37,663 bases of DNA from a virus (IMGVR_UViG_3300030397_001117:1-37663); one strand, 5' to 3'; shown: positions 8,770 to 19,678, counted from the first letter of the stretch. The notes: a model not told the origin generated them from the sequence alone. Translations and numbers: made by a program.

Positions 8770-11700
8770 TGTCTGGAAGCATTGGTACAATAAAGGTTAG
8801 AGTTGGAGCGGACATCAAGGATCTGAAGCGCGGTCTGTACCGGGCTACAAGCAACTTGAACAAATTCTCCAGAGCAACTGGCAGTATTGCTTCCCAGATT
8901 AACAATAATATATCAATACCCTTTGCACTGGCCAGTGTCGCCGGTGTCAAACTTGCAACAGAACTTGAAGCCAATTTTAGCAAGATTCAAAACCTCGTTG
9001 GAATTACGGGGAAAACCTTGGAACAGTTCAAGGAAGGTGTCAAGGGGCTGTCCACTGAAGTTGGAAAAAGTCAGGCTGAACTGTCAAGTGCCCTCTTTAC
9101 AGTTACGTCCGCAGGTCTTAGGGGCGCGGAGGCGATGGAAGTGCTGGAAAGCGCTTCCAAAGCTTCCGTAATTGGTTTAGGGCAAACTGATCAAGTTGCA
9201 AGGGCCCTTACAGGTGTAATGCAATCCTATGGAGTCGAAACGTACAATGCTGCTCGTGCCACGGACGTACTGACAGCTATTGTTCGAGAAGGTAACCTTG
9301 AAGCAGAATCTTTGGCACCGGTTCTTGGCCGCGTAACCGGACTGGCAGCCACCATGGGAATTTCCTTCGAAGAGGTAGGTGCAAGTATTGCGACCTTCAC
9401 ACGTCTTGGAGTGAGTGCAGAGGAAGCAGTGACCGCTTTGCGTGGTGTCATGACCAACTTCCTGAATCCGTCACAACAGGCGAAAAAGGAAATTGAATCG
9501 CTTGGGCTATCTGTTGAAGATCTGCAGGCCAAGATTCGAAATGATGGTTTAGCCAAAACCCTCATCGATCTGGTCAAGCAGTATAAAGGCAATGAAAGTG
9601 CATTGGGTCGATTAATTCCCAATGTGAGAGCGCTATCCGGAGTACTCGGTACTGCCGGGGCACAAGCAGATCAATACTCCAACATCCTTCAAAATGTCTA
9701 TGATTCTACGGGTCTAGTTGAGGAAGGATTTGCCAATGCAGCTGAGACCGCTCAGTTTAAGTTCAATCAGGCCATCACAGACGTCACAAATGCCGGAATA
9801 GAGTTAGGCGCAGCGATGCTACCCATTGCCACTGACTTGGCTGAATCAGTTAGCAAAGCCGCTCAGGCATTTGCGGCCCTTGACGAAGAAACCCAAAAGA
9901 CCATCACCTCAATTGGACTCTATGCTGTCGCCGTAGGTGGAGGATTCAAGGCGACCAGCTTAATTGCTGGAGGATTAGGGGGGTTGACTCAGACATTCAA
10001 TTTCTTCGTTCCAGCTGTAGGAAAAGCGGGAGTTGCTCTAACAGCATTCGACAAAGCACTTAATGCAACCAAAATTGGTCTCCTTCTCGCTGGTATAGGC
10101 ACGGCGATCTACTTATATAAGAAATTCAAAGATGCTGCGAATCAGGCAAACCATGCACTGGAAGCACAGAACTACGTGTCAGAAGAATCCTCCAAATTGC
10201 TCAAGCACGAAAAGAAGCGAGTAGAGGACTTGATTGCTGTTGTAAAGGATAATACGCAAGCCTACCACGATCGAATTTCTGCCATATCCGAATTGAAGTC
10301 AATTCATCCTGAATACTTCAACGATCTCACCATTGAAAAGGATCGAGTTGAAGGATTGAATGAAGCCTACTCCAAATTCCAAAAAGATATAACCAAGAAG
10401 GTTAGTACCGACGTTGCGAAAAAGAAACTTGCAGAGCTGAGAGAACAGCACAAGGCCCTTCTAAAAGAACTGGGTCGTGTTCCAAAATCGGAAGGATATC
10501 TCCTTCGACAACTCAAAGACATCAATGCTCAAATCAGGGAATTCGAATTGCTTGCCAAAGACTTTCCTCAATGGCAAAAAGACTTGATTGCAGACCAGAA
10601 TCTTAGTCAGGGAGAGCTTGCTTCAGCATTACTTGGACTGGATGCATCCTCCATGAGGGAGCAAAGAGAAAAAGCCAAGAAACTTCAAAAAGAAATGGAG
10701 ATGATACTGTCTCCAAATGGCCAAGATTCTTCCTCAAACAGTTCAGGTACAAGTGACCAGGAAAAGCGTCAAAAGATTATTGCTAAACTCAATCAGGAAT
10801 TAAGATCAGCTAATGAGCTGTACAAGATTCATGAAAATGTGCAGCAACTAACTGAAGATCGAACGAGGTCCTTGAATCGAGCGATTGAAGAGCTAATTAA
10901 CACAGGGCTGTCCGCAACCTCCAAACCAGTTCAACAACTTGTGAGTGATATCGCGGAGACCAACGCAATGTTCAAGAAAGTCTCAACCAGCAGAGCTGTA
11001 TCTGAATTGGAGAAGCTTGATAGTGCAGCATCCGGAATTGATACACAGATTGAGTACGAAATCAATGTGCCATCCACAGAGGAGATAGAGGCAAAGCTGC
11101 CAGAGCTAGAGACGGACTACGAAATCAATGTGAAATTCAACGAGGATACTGCGACCCAATTCGGGTCCATTATGCAGGGAGTTCTCAACTCATTATCAGA
11201 GTCCGGAATCCAAATTGGTGCTGATCTCGCTGAGTCCCTCATTCAAGGAGCTGAAGCCGGAGCCATGGCTCTCACTGCATTGGATGGTTTGACCACTGCC
11301 TTGCGAGCGAAGCGTCAAGCAGAACTTGATGAAGATTTCGAACGCGAGAAAGAGAGGATCGAGGGTACAATAAACAATGAAACGGACAAGGCGGCCGCAC
11401 TCGAGCAATTGGAGTCGAAATACGCCAAGAAGAAGAAAGAAATTCAAAGGGATGCAGCCATACGAGAAAAAGCTGGAGCAATAGCTCAATCCATCATAAA
11501 TACTGCCGTTGCCGTGACGAAGGCCCTTGGGGTAAGTCCAATTCTTGCAGCAATCGTTGGTTCATTGGGAGCTGCCCAAACGGCGGTCATTGCATCCACA
11601 CCTCTTGGGTTTGCAAAAGGGGGTGATGTAGCCAAGGCAGTTGGAAAGGTGCGCGGTGTGACCAATGCACCGGCCAGAAATGATGGCGATCATATTCTTG

Positions 11701-11966
11701 CCTATTTGAAGTACGGTGAAGCGGTGCTTAATCCCAAGCAGATTCAGGCGATTGGTCCCGAGGTCCTCGCTGCGGCCAGAGTGCCAGGATTTTCCTTGGG
11801 TGGAAGTGTAGGTCCTCCACCCGCCTTCTCACCGGGTGTGTCTTCTTTCCCTGAAAGATCTACAAACATCAGATTGGAGTTTGGACCTGCCAGATTTTTG
11901 GGTGAGGAGATTCTCTTCTACATAGAGAAACAGCTATCCATTCGTGAACGTGAAAGAGGCTTCTAA
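8769..11966 (+). CDS. Tail tape measure protein (TP901 family)
   Basis: 1065 aa, Ala/Gly-rich and helical, hydrophobic segment, C-terminal GFAKGG; follows the chaperones. Confidence 0.95.
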   Translation: MSGSIGTIKVRVGADIKDLKRGLYRATSNLNKFSRATGSIASQINNNISIPFALASVAGVKLATELEANFSKIQNLVGITGKTLEQFKEGVKGLSTEVGKSQAELSSALFTVTSAGLRGAEAMEVLESASKASVIGLGQTDQVARALTGVMQSYGVETYNAARATDVLTAIVREGNLEAESLAPVLGRVTGLAATMGISFEEVGASIATFTRLGVSAEEAVTALRGVMTNFLNPSQQAKKEIESLGLSVEDLQAKIRNDGLAKTLIDLVKQYKGNESALGRLIPNVRALSGVLGTAGAQADQYSNILQNVYDSTGLVEEGFANAAETAQFKFNQAITDVTNAGIELGAAMLPIATDLAESVSKAAQAFAALDEETQKTITSIGLYAVAVGGGFKATSLIAGGLGGLTQTFNFFVPAVGKAGVALTAFDKALNATKIGLLLAGIGTAIYLYKKFKDAANQANHALEAQNYVSEESSKLLKHEKKRVEDLIAVVKDNTQAYHDRISAISELKSIHPEYFNDLTIEKDRVEGLNEAYSKFQKDITKKVSTDVAKKKLAELREQHKALLKELGRVPKSEGYLLRQLKDINAQIREFELLAKDFPQWQKDLIADQNLSQGELASALLGLDASSMREQREKAKKLQKEMEMILSPNGQDSSSNSSGTSDQEKRQKIIAKLNQELRSANELYKIHENVQQLTEDRTRSLNRAIEELINTGLSATSKPVQQLVSDIAETNAMFKKVSTSRAVSELEKLDSAASGIDTQIEYEINVPSTEEIEAKLPELETDYEINVKFNEDTATQFGSIMQGVLNSLSESGIQIGADLAESLIQGAEAGAMALTALDGLTTALRAKRQAELDEDFEREKERIEGTINNETDKAAALEQLESKYAKKKKEIQRDAAIREKAGAIAQSIINTAVAVTKALGVSPILAAIVGSLGAAQTAVIASTPLGFAKGGDVAKAVGKVRGVTNAPARNDGDHILAYLKYGEAVLNPKQIQAIGPEVLAAARVPGFSLGGSVGPPPAFSPGVSSFPERSTNIRLEFGPARFLGEEILFYIEKQLSIRERERGF

Positions 11967-14224
11967 TGGGCATTAAATGGAAAAGCACATTCTATGATTA
12001 TGGAAACCCAGATGTCTTTCCAAATCTATGGACCGTAGAAATACTTGATATGGATTCTGTGCTGAATCCTGAAGTCGATTTTTACGTGAAAAAGGAAGGG
12101 CTAAAAATTTCCGGACAGTCCAGGTCACGTGATGTTCTTACACCATTGGTAACGACCAAGTGTAGCTGTACAATGCTGATTGATCGGATAGGAGTTGAAG
12201 ATTTTATAACTGAGCTTATCGACAGCAAAGAGGAAAGATTCTGGCTGAGAGTACGAAGATCGAGCGTTGTCGCTTTTCTGGGAGTGATAATCACGGATGG
12301 GATTATTCTCGAGGACCTCGCATATCCCTATGAATTCACTTTTACTGCAGTAGACATGCTTTCGAGGTTGCAGTCAGTAGAGCTTGATGCAAACCTAATT
12401 CCAGCTTCCAACAGATCAGTTTACAGCATCAATGAATTTTACGATGCAATATTTGATCGAACATTGGTCGACGAGTTTTATACTCCCGGTTCTGTACTTC
12501 ATGAAATGTATGTGCACTGGAGGAGTGACACACATCCTAATACGACAGACTTCACCTGGGAGATGACTGGCTTTGACTACAAAGCCTTCAATAAAATTGA
12601 TGGAAACAATGTGAAGTTCACCAAGATTGTGGACATGTTGAGTCAGTTTCTGGGCCTGTTTAATGCTCGAATGATCTGGAATTTCGGCTATTATATTACC
12701 GAGCAGAGGGACTATCGGGCACAAAACACAAGTCTGGAGAGATATCGGTTTGATAAAGACATGGTATTTGTCAGTAATGACACAGGGTTGGGATACCTCA
12801 ACAAGGTTTATGATGGAAGTACTATTCGAAGGCTTAGGGGTATGACTACTACCGTCCTTCCTCCAGCCAAAAGTGTTTTGGTTAAATACAAACACGACCC
12901 CATTGCCGGAGCCATCATTGATCAGCAACCACCTTATGTAGGAGGATCGACAGTTGAAGGAGATGAGATCATTGTTCTAAATAACGACGATCGTTTGTTG
13001 ATGAAGCTCAACATTGCATTCGAAAATGGCACCTTCTACGAATCAGACAGAACCGCCGCAACTCGCTATCTGCGTCCAAAAGTACTGATTGAAGTAAAAG
13101 TTGGAACCGGTGGAGATGCTCGTTGGCTGAAACAGGTAAGAACTGGAGGGACATTCGCTAATATTGAATATTCCGGAATGACTTGGGAATCTACCCAGTC
13201 TTACATCGAAGCGTATCCAATGTTAGTAAATAAGGCCGGATACGCGATTTATAGAGATGATCTAACCTCCCCTCCACTAAGTCAAGAATTTGCGTTGTTC
13301 AGCAGTCATGAAATCGAGATCACAGTATCAAACACGGAGTATCTTGATCAAAACAATGTACTAAAAACCAAGCCTGCTGGGCATTATGAATTCTCAACAG
13401 AAACCTCACAAAGTACGGGGACTCATTTTCAGGTGTACATGCATGATGGGAACGATGCAGCCCAGGAAGTGACAGAAACGATATTCATTGCTGATGGAGA
13501 CCCCGAGAATTCAAAAGTTCTCGAGTACACAACAGAAATAGGGGAAGGCCCATCAAACCATAGCCAAACCGGCATCAAGGTCCAGGACGGCGTAAACTGG
13601 AGAAGCAACACTGAAGATTGGGGCGCTAACGACGACAATATATGCGATCTACTCGCTGAAAGCATTCTTGCAGCCAGACGGAAACCGACAAGGCAAATCA
13701 ATGCAAGTTTGATCTACCACCAATGGCAGCCAGCGATGGTAATTGAATTGGATGGGATAAAGTATATGTGCGAGTCATACACCTATACAGCCCATAATCA
13801 AACGATTAAAGGCAGATGGACTGCACTGGATCATGATACTGCCGGAGTCACCAAAAGGAAAGAGCAATATGTGACCATTTTGGACCCGGTTAAACCTGGA
13901 GGAGTGGATCCTGAACAGCCGTATGTGGATATTCAAATTCCTTTTGAGTTAGACCAGGATCGACACAAAAAATACACAGGTGTAAATGCAAGCTTTGTGT
14001 CGTTGCCAAGTGATTGGGTTTTGCCAGATCCTGCAGATGTAACACCGGCTGAAATAGATCGAAGAATAGTTGTGGTTGTCAATGGCGTCAAAGCAGCCTA
14101 TGATGAGCCATACGGATTCGATTACGATCATACTACCAACGAATTATCATTTCTTAACCGTAGCGGCACCGGAACTCGATCTCTGAGTAACGGTATCGTA
14201 GATGTAACATTAAGACCGGCATGA
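11966..14224 (+). CDS. Tail tip / baseplate hub protein
   Basis: 752 aa directly after the tape measure, TAATG-coupled; FTAVDMLSRL motif; beta-rich. Confidence 0.7.
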   Translation: MGIKWKSTFYDYGNPDVFPNLWTVEILDMDSVLNPEVDFYVKKEGLKISGQSRSRDVLTPLVTTKCSCTMLIDRIGVEDFITELIDSKEERFWLRVRRSSVVAFLGVIITDGIILEDLAYPYEFTFTAVDMLSRLQSVELDANLIPASNRSVYSINEFYDAIFDRTLVDEFYTPGSVLHEMYVHWRSDTHPNTTDFTWEMTGFDYKAFNKIDGNNVKFTKIVDMLSQFLGLFNARMIWNFGYYITEQRDYRAQNTSLERYRFDKDMVFVSNDTGLGYLNKVYDGSTIRRLRGMTTTVLPPAKSVLVKYKHDPIAGAIIDQQPPYVGGSTVEGDEIIVLNNDDRLLMKLNIAFENGTFYESDRTAATRYLRPKVLIEVKVGTGGDARWLKQVRTGGTFANIEYSGMTWESTQSYIEAYPMLVNKAGYAIYRDDLTSPPLSQEFALFSSHEIEITVSNTEYLDQNNVLKTKPAGHYEFSTETSQSTGTHFQVYMHDGNDAAQEVTETIFIADGDPENSKVLEYTTEIGEGPSNHSQTGIKVQDGVNWRSNTEDWGANDDNICDLLAESILAARRKPTRQINASLIYHQWQPAMVIELDGIKYMCESYTYTAHNQTIKGRWTALDHDTAGVTKRKEQYVTILDPVKPGGVDPEQPYVDIQIPFELDQDRHKKYTGVNASFVSLPSDWVLPDPADVTPAEIDRRIVVVVNGVKAAYDEPYGFDYDHTTNELSFLNRSGTGTRSLSNGIVDVTLRPA

Positions 14225-17200
14225 GGTATATAGTGATTTTGATGATGTTTGTAACTGGGCTCAATGCGCAGCTTATTCCGATAGACTATCTAAGAGCTGA
14301 CACCACTGATAATTTGATTATCATGACGAAGAATGGTGTACAGGTATATGTAAGTACCGATTCTCTACCAGGTGTTACAGCCCAAGATCTAAGCGCTGAC
14401 TCAGACTCCCTTTACATAAGCGGAGGACAGGCAATAGCCTTGACAGAAATTGCTCAGCTCGTTAACTATTTTGCAATATCGGCCCATCAGTTGGGAATAT
14501 CACTGTCAAGGGATGGTGTACCGATTGTGTCTGTAGATCTAACACCATATTTGGATGCAGACGGTGTGACCTCCAATGGCACACACAATCAAGTTGCCAG
14601 ACAGCTCCAATTCTCAGTGACCGGGGCTCCGGATTTTAATGTAGATATATCTGCAATCCCTGAGTACTCTGACCTCACCATGACAATTGATTCCACTGGG
14701 AACCGGGTTTTCAGCCTGACCAATGGAATGAACACAGTGACTTGGAAGGATTCAATAGGTTCCGGAGGTGGTGGTCCCGGAATAGATACATTGGTCAACT
14801 ATGACGCATTAAGATCATACGCCGGTTCCTCTAATGTGGTCTACATTCAAGATTTCATTGTCAATTACGGTGGAAGGGACTATACAACTCTGGGAGGATT
14901 ATTTGTCAAAGGAGGCTCCGGTGAAAATGGTGCTACAATTATTGATGGATGGAACAGAGTTTTTGACGGTCTCAATTGGATGCCTGATTGGTTTGAAATG
15001 AACGGGTATGATGAAACGGGAACAGATAACGGCATAGTGCAAGATAATGACCGGACAAACGGTGCGATAATATTATGCAATTCTGCTGGAGGAGGTGTAG
15101 TTCACGAAACCCCTGGAATGAAGCTTATTGGTGAAGGAGGAAACGATGGAGGTGTGAGGTACGGTGTTCAAATGCTAGATAGTGTTGAATTGAATATGCA
15201 CGGGTGTACGTACTATCTCAAAGATGCGCTTGTAGATGGTTCTTGGAGCATTGGCATTATTTACGCGAAAGGGAAAAAGAAGATTACGATAAGAAACGGT
15301 TATATCCATGGCAACGCTCTAAATCAAACTTTCACCACTTATGAGCAGAATGGTAAGGTGCAAGGAATTCGAATGAATGCGAGCCAAGCTGATAGAACTG
15401 AAGATGTTCTGATTGAAAACATACAAATTGACTATGTCCTAGGGAATCCGCTGAACCTGTACGCAAGTAGCAATACCTATGCAAATGATTATCAGGATTT
15501 CACAGTTCGAAATTTGCGGTGTTTCCATTATGGTGAAGGGCCTCAATTCCTAAATGTCAACAACCTGTTAGTTGATCAAGTCTTTCTCGACCCGGATACA
15601 CCTGCAGTTGGAGACCATTTTGAATTAGTACGATGTGATGGTTGGATAATTTCAAATGGAAGAATCATCGGTGGATCTGGAAGTGGCTCCGGAATTGATC
15701 TCTACGGTAATCAAAATGGAACTGTCCAGAATTGGCACATCACCAACACAAAAGACATAATCGAGATCCACAAGGACTCCTATTCCAACTATTGTCAAAA
15801 CATCTTCATCAACAACTTGAGAGGTGAGAATCGACTAGAAACTACACCAGCCGCAATAACCTTTAACAACGGCCAGAAGGAGACTCGGAATATTCATTTC
15901 AAAGGACTGTACTTAAAAGATTATTACCAGGGCATTTCTTTCAGTGGAGCTGATTCCATTCCCGGCCCAATAATAATTGAAGACTTTGTGATCGATTCGA
16001 TGAGTAATGAAGGAATTGCTATAACACATGTGAAAGATCTTCGTCTCATCAATGGAGAAATTAAAAGATGTGGTGCTCGGGGACTTTTCTGGAACACCTT
16101 TGGAGATCCAACTGCCGAAATAGGTCGAACCTCTTTAAGGGTGGAGAATGTGCATATTCACCACAATGGGAACTATGGAATTTCCTTGGATCTTCAGAAC
16201 CCTGCCAAGACATATTGGTGCGACATCAATATTGATGCAGACGTAGAAGATAATGATCCTGTCCTGCAGATCCAAATTGCACGTGCTGTCACAGATACTC
16301 ACAAAATAACCGTTAACAATCGTGAAAATATTTATCGACCAACAGCTCACTCGGAGTCCGTTTGGGGTAGGACTGACATATTTGCCTTCAATACCATTGA
16401 CCAGCTTTCTGGGGAAGACTGGCAGCGAATCCGAATTCATGGTAAACCAGGCGGCGTAAGTGTAAGCAGTTTATTGGGAGATAACAGATTATCATTCCTT
16501 GATTCTTCAGCAACGGTTACCCTCCAAGCTGATGAGTGGATGGATCTTCAATACAATGTAGACAGTCTCAAGTGGTATGAAACAGACCGGAAAAATAAAA
16601 CTGAGATTGTTGATGTCCATGGCAAGTTTGTACCGTCAACTGAATGGCCAGGATTGAGTACAGATAGAGTTTTGTTTTGGTCCGGGGGAAATATTCAATC
16701 CGATGATGATTTCACCTACATCGATGACGAACTTGGGTTCAAACGAGCATTCATTCAGGACTCTTTGAAATTTGGTTCGACATCAACTCGATGCCTGATC
16801 AGGTATTCAGGAAACTACCTCTACTATCAAAGTTTGATCTCAAATGCCGGACATCTTTTCCGAGACCATTTGAACCAAACCATTATGCAACTCGACAATT
16901 CCAACCGTGGTGTCCAATTTTTTGGGCCGGTAACATTGAGGAACGAATTGAGGGACAATTCCCTGTCAGCTGGTGTTAGTGGATATGTCCCGGTAAGTAA
17001 CGGCTCTGGATGGTTGTGGTCCGCAGCTGACCTCACAGATAATCAAACCCTTTCAATATTAGGGTCGGACTTGACCATAAGTGGAGGTAATACCGTAAGC
17101 CTCGCTGGAATCGGAGGCGGCGGTGGATCCGGGACGGTAAAAGGAACTGGAGTGTTGAATAGAGTTGCCTATTGGGCTTCCACGGACTCGCTGACAAGTT

Positions 17201-19146
17201 CAGGTGATTTTTCCTTTGATGGCACCAACCTCAGTGTAACTGGTTCTATTCTTTTTGATGGAAGAAGTTCCAATGCCAGTTACAACATTCTGGGAAACAA
17301 AGACATGGCCCTTTATGATGGTTCTAATTATTTCTGGGCTAACAATTCTGGCGCTTTAACCTTGCGCAACTCTGGTGCCACTTATGAAATGAATAATAGC
17401 TCTGGCATTGTTTCTTTTGACTTCGTTGGAGTAGACGTCATGGACTTTGAAGGAGATGCTGATGTTAGAATCTACAATGATCTTGACGTAGATGGGCACC
17501 TGGGGCTCGATGGCAAAAATCCGAATGGTTCCTATTCTATCTATGCAGGAGGGTCAGCCATACTGGAAGGCACCGGAAGCAGCTGGACCTATTTCCAAAA
17601 TAATGGGTGGGCGCAATTCAGAAAAAACAGTCAATACATGACAATGCTGGTTGATGGAAGCGACTTTGCATTTCAACATCAGGGTATCAATACTTTCAGA
17701 TTTGAATCTGACAATGACGTCCGGGTATTTGATGACTTATATGTAGATGGCCGATTCTCGATTAACACTACCCCTACAGGCTATAATCTTCGAATTAGAA
17801 CGGAAGGTGATAGCGCAAACACAAGCGGAATATACATTGATGATTCGGGTGGCTCTAAGCTATTCGAGCTTCGAAATGACGGCGGATTTCTAGGCGAATC
17901 CAAGAATTGGATTGCTCCCTTGGTAGCTGGTGTTGCTCCAAACAGCTATGGTTACGGAGATTTCCATGCTGATCCAGCAGAGAATAACGCACTGGCCAGG
18001 GCTACCGATAAATTCACTGTTACCGCCACGGGAACCTCCACTACCAATTACTACTATTGGTTCGACAACAGCTACGCGATCAATGGATGTAATGTACTTG
18101 CCAATGACACGGCGGTTGTCTCAATCGATTTGACATCTAAAGGTGCGCTCCCTGTAAATGGTTTGACTTATACCCAGGGTAAAATAGTGGTCGTCACATG
18201 GGTTAATCATGACCTGGCTGTCAATAGCTCAGGGAGATGGAAAGATAAAGACGGTGTATGGAATAGTATGACCTACAACGGATGTGTATTCGACAATGGA
18301 CACACGACCAATTTTGGTAGTTCATTTGAATTGTACGAATATGAGATTGCCGGAGACAACTACATGACAGATATAGAATTGTCTCTGGTCAACAACAACG
18401 CATTTGATCTACGAGTCTTAGCAATCATGTGGTTCCCATATAGAGCAGAGGGACAACTTGAACCTACGTCTTTTCAGAAATACCAGGATCAGAATACAAC
18501 CCGTGCACTGATTTTCCGAAACGATGATTATGATCAAGAGCTGTTGATCGATCCTCAGTCGAGCACGGTAATGACTGCGACGGGCCAAGTGAGATTCAAC
18601 AACAATGTTCTCGATGCAGATGGAGACAGCGGGAATGCATGGGATGTATTCGGTAAGAGTTCAACACAAATAAATGAGACCAATTGGGGTCCTTGGCATA
18701 ATTACTTCACTTTCCTGAAAATGGACAACACATCAACTTCAGTGAATTTGAATCAAGTATCCTGGACGGATGTGTCCGACATTGATACAGAGGCCATGGA
18801 ATATGGAGATAGCACCGTGTTCTCCATTAACAGTGGGGATCTCAGAGTTGAAACTGCAGCTGTGGTAGAGCTTCAAGCAGTACTGCAGCTGACATCGATC
18901 GATACGGCCAACATAGACATAGCATTTTTCAAAAATGGATCAGCAATTACGGGTGGAATGACATATTCGGTCCACTTTGTAGGAGCTACTACCTGTACAG
19001 TTACAATGAATGAAACCGTCCTGGCGTCTGCTGATGACGATTTCGATATACGAGCGAGACGCAGAGGGAGTGCAACTGGATCAGTGACAATTACGGCCAC
19101 AGAAAGCGCCTATCTCCAAGCAGAACTTAAACACAGAGGAAATTAA
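14221..19146 (+). CDS. Large tail fibre/spike-like protein with right-handed beta-helix (depolymerase-like) and apparent N-terminal signal peptide
   Basis: Position at the end of the tail module; parallel beta-helix repeats (ITIRNGYIHGN, VLIENIQI, LRVENVHIHHNGNYGI) at about 14980-16320; Gly linkers; an ~85-aa internal duplication at about 17250-17750; N-terminus MRYIVILMMFVTGLNA-Q. Confidence 0.75.
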   Translation: MRYIVILMMFVTGLNAQLIPIDYLRADTTDNLIIMTKNGVQVYVSTDSLPGVTAQDLSADSDSLYISGGQAIALTEIAQLVNYFAISAHQLGISLSRDGVPIVSVDLTPYLDADGVTSNGTHNQVARQLQFSVTGAPDFNVDISAIPEYSDLTMTIDSTGNRVFSLTNGMNTVTWKDSIGSGGGGPGIDTLVNYDALRSYAGSSNVVYIQDFIVNYGGRDYTTLGGLFVKGGSGENGATIIDGWNRVFDGLNWMPDWFEMNGYDETGTDNGIVQDNDRTNGAIILCNSAGGGVVHETPGMKLIGEGGNDGGVRYGVQMLDSVELNMHGCTYYLKDALVDGSWSIGIIYAKGKKKITIRNGYIHGNALNQTFTTYEQNGKVQGIRMNASQADRTEDVLIENIQIDYVLGNPLNLYASSNTYANDYQDFTVRNLRCFHYGEGPQFLNVNNLLVDQVFLDPDTPAVGDHFELVRCDGWIISNGRIIGGSGSGSGIDLYGNQNGTVQNWHITNTKDIIEIHKDSYSNYCQNIFINNLRGENRLETTPAAITFNNGQKETRNIHFKGLYLKDYYQGISFSGADSIPGPIIIEDFVIDSMSNEGIAITHVKDLRLINGEIKRCGARGLFWNTFGDPTAEIGRTSLRVENVHIHHNGNYGISLDLQNPAKTYWCDINIDADVEDNDPVLQIQIARAVTDTHKITVNNRENIYRPTAHSESVWGRTDIFAFNTIDQLSGEDWQRIRIHGKPGGVSVSSLLGDNRLSFLDSSATVTLQADEWMDLQYNVDSLKWYETDRKNKTEIVDVHGKFVPSTEWPGLSTDRVLFWSGGNIQSDDDFTYIDDELGFKRAFIQDSLKFGSTSTRCLIRYSGNYLYYQSLISNAGHLFRDHLNQTIMQLDNSNRGVQFFGPVTLRNELRDNSLSAGVSGYVPVSNGSGWLWSAADLTDNQTLSILGSDLTISGGNTVSLAGIGGGGGSGTVKGTGVLNRVAYWASTDSLTSSGDFSFDGTNLSVTGSILFDGRSSNASYNILGNKDMALYDGSNYFWANNSGALTLRNSGATYEMNNSSGIVSFDFVGVDVMDFEGDADVRIYNDLDVDGHLGLDGKNPNGSYSIYAGGSAILEGTGSSWTYFQNNGWAQFRKNSQYMTMLVDGSDFAFQHQGINTFRFESDNDVRVFDDLYVDGRFSINTTPTGYNLRIRTEGDSANTSGIYIDDSGGSKLFELRNDGGFLGESKNWIAPLVAGVAPNSYGYGDFHADPAENNALARATDKFTVTATGTSTTNYYYWFDNSYAINGCNVLANDTAVVSIDLTSKGALPVNGLTYTQGKIVVVTWVNHDLAVNSSGRWKDKDGVWNSMTYNGCVFDNGHTTNFGSSFELYEYEIAGDNYMTDIELSLVNNNAFDLRVLAIMWFPYRAEGQLEPTSFQKYQDQNTTRALIFRNDDYDQELLIDPQSSTVMTATGQVRFNNNVLDADGDSGNAWDVFGKSSTQINETNWGPWHNYFTFLKMDNTSTSVNLNQVSWTDVSDIDTEAMEYGDSTVFSINSGDLRVETAAVVELQAVLQLTSIDTANIDIAFFKNGSAITGGMTYSVHFVGATTCTVTMNETVLASADDDFDIRARRRGSATGSVTITATESAYLQAELKHRGN

Positions 19147-19147
19147 T

Positions 19148-19453
19148 ATGGAACTACTAACTACAATTCTGAAGCTAATCAACGAATACGGCGTGCTTCC
19201 CGTGTCGCTACTGGCAATCTGGTATTTGAAAGAGCTATACAACAAGGAGAAGCAAACTTCGGCCAATCTGTATGATGCGCGAATAAAAAATTATGATGAA
19301 CGTATCGAAGACATGAAGAAACATGGCGAGGAAATGAAAGTTATGACACAAGTCACAACACAAGCCATGATTGAGATGAAGCAAGCCATGACACAACTCA
19401 AGGAGGTACTGCAGTTTGCACCCTATCCTCATGAAATCAAACCAAAAGATTAA
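19148..19453 (+). CDS. Putative holin/antiholin (BhlA-like, 1 TM plus coiled coil)
   Basis: EYGVLPVSLLAIWYL hydrophobic segment followed by a charged coiled coil; follows the tail genes. Confidence 0.55.
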   Translation: MELLTTILKLINEYGVLPVSLLAIWYLKELYNKEKQTSANLYDARIKNYDERIEDMKKHGEEMKVMTQVTTQAMIEMKQAMTQLKEVLQFAPYPHEIKPKD

Positions 19454-19480
19454 TCAATTATAAACTCAAATTCAAGTATC

Positions 19481-19678
19481 ATGAAATCAACCAAAACAAC
19501 AGTCGCAGGAATCCTAGGAGGATTGGGCTTGATTCTAACACAAGTCTACTTTGCGATAGACACGGATCCACAAACGGTCTTCTCGATCACAGAAGTATTT
19601 GCCGGCCTTGCCATGATGGGTATAGGATGGTTTGCCAGGGACAACGATGTGACCAGCGAAAAAGCTGGAGCTAAATAA
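19481..19678 (+). CDS. Putative holin (2 TM)
   Basis: 65 aa; KTTVAGILGGLGLIL and VFAGLAMMGIGWFARD segments; charged C-terminus. Confidence 0.7.
   Translation: MKSTKTTVAGILGGLGLILTQVYFAIDTDPQTVFSITEVFAGLAMMGIGWFARDNDVTSEKAGAK

Noticed and set aside
11050-11135. TACGAAATCAATGTG repeated in the tape measure gene
   Set aside because: In-frame YEINV duplication, ordinary for tape measure proteins
14221-19146. Diversity-generating retroelement or invertible tail-fibre cassette
   Set aside because: No reverse transcriptase or invertase gene, and no near-identical TR/VR nucleotide repeat was seen; the internal duplication is diverged at protein level
529-19432. Numerous antisense or alternate-frame ORFs of 60-170 aa within structural genes
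   Set aside because: Shadow ORFs of well-supported genes, with no motifs or start contexts
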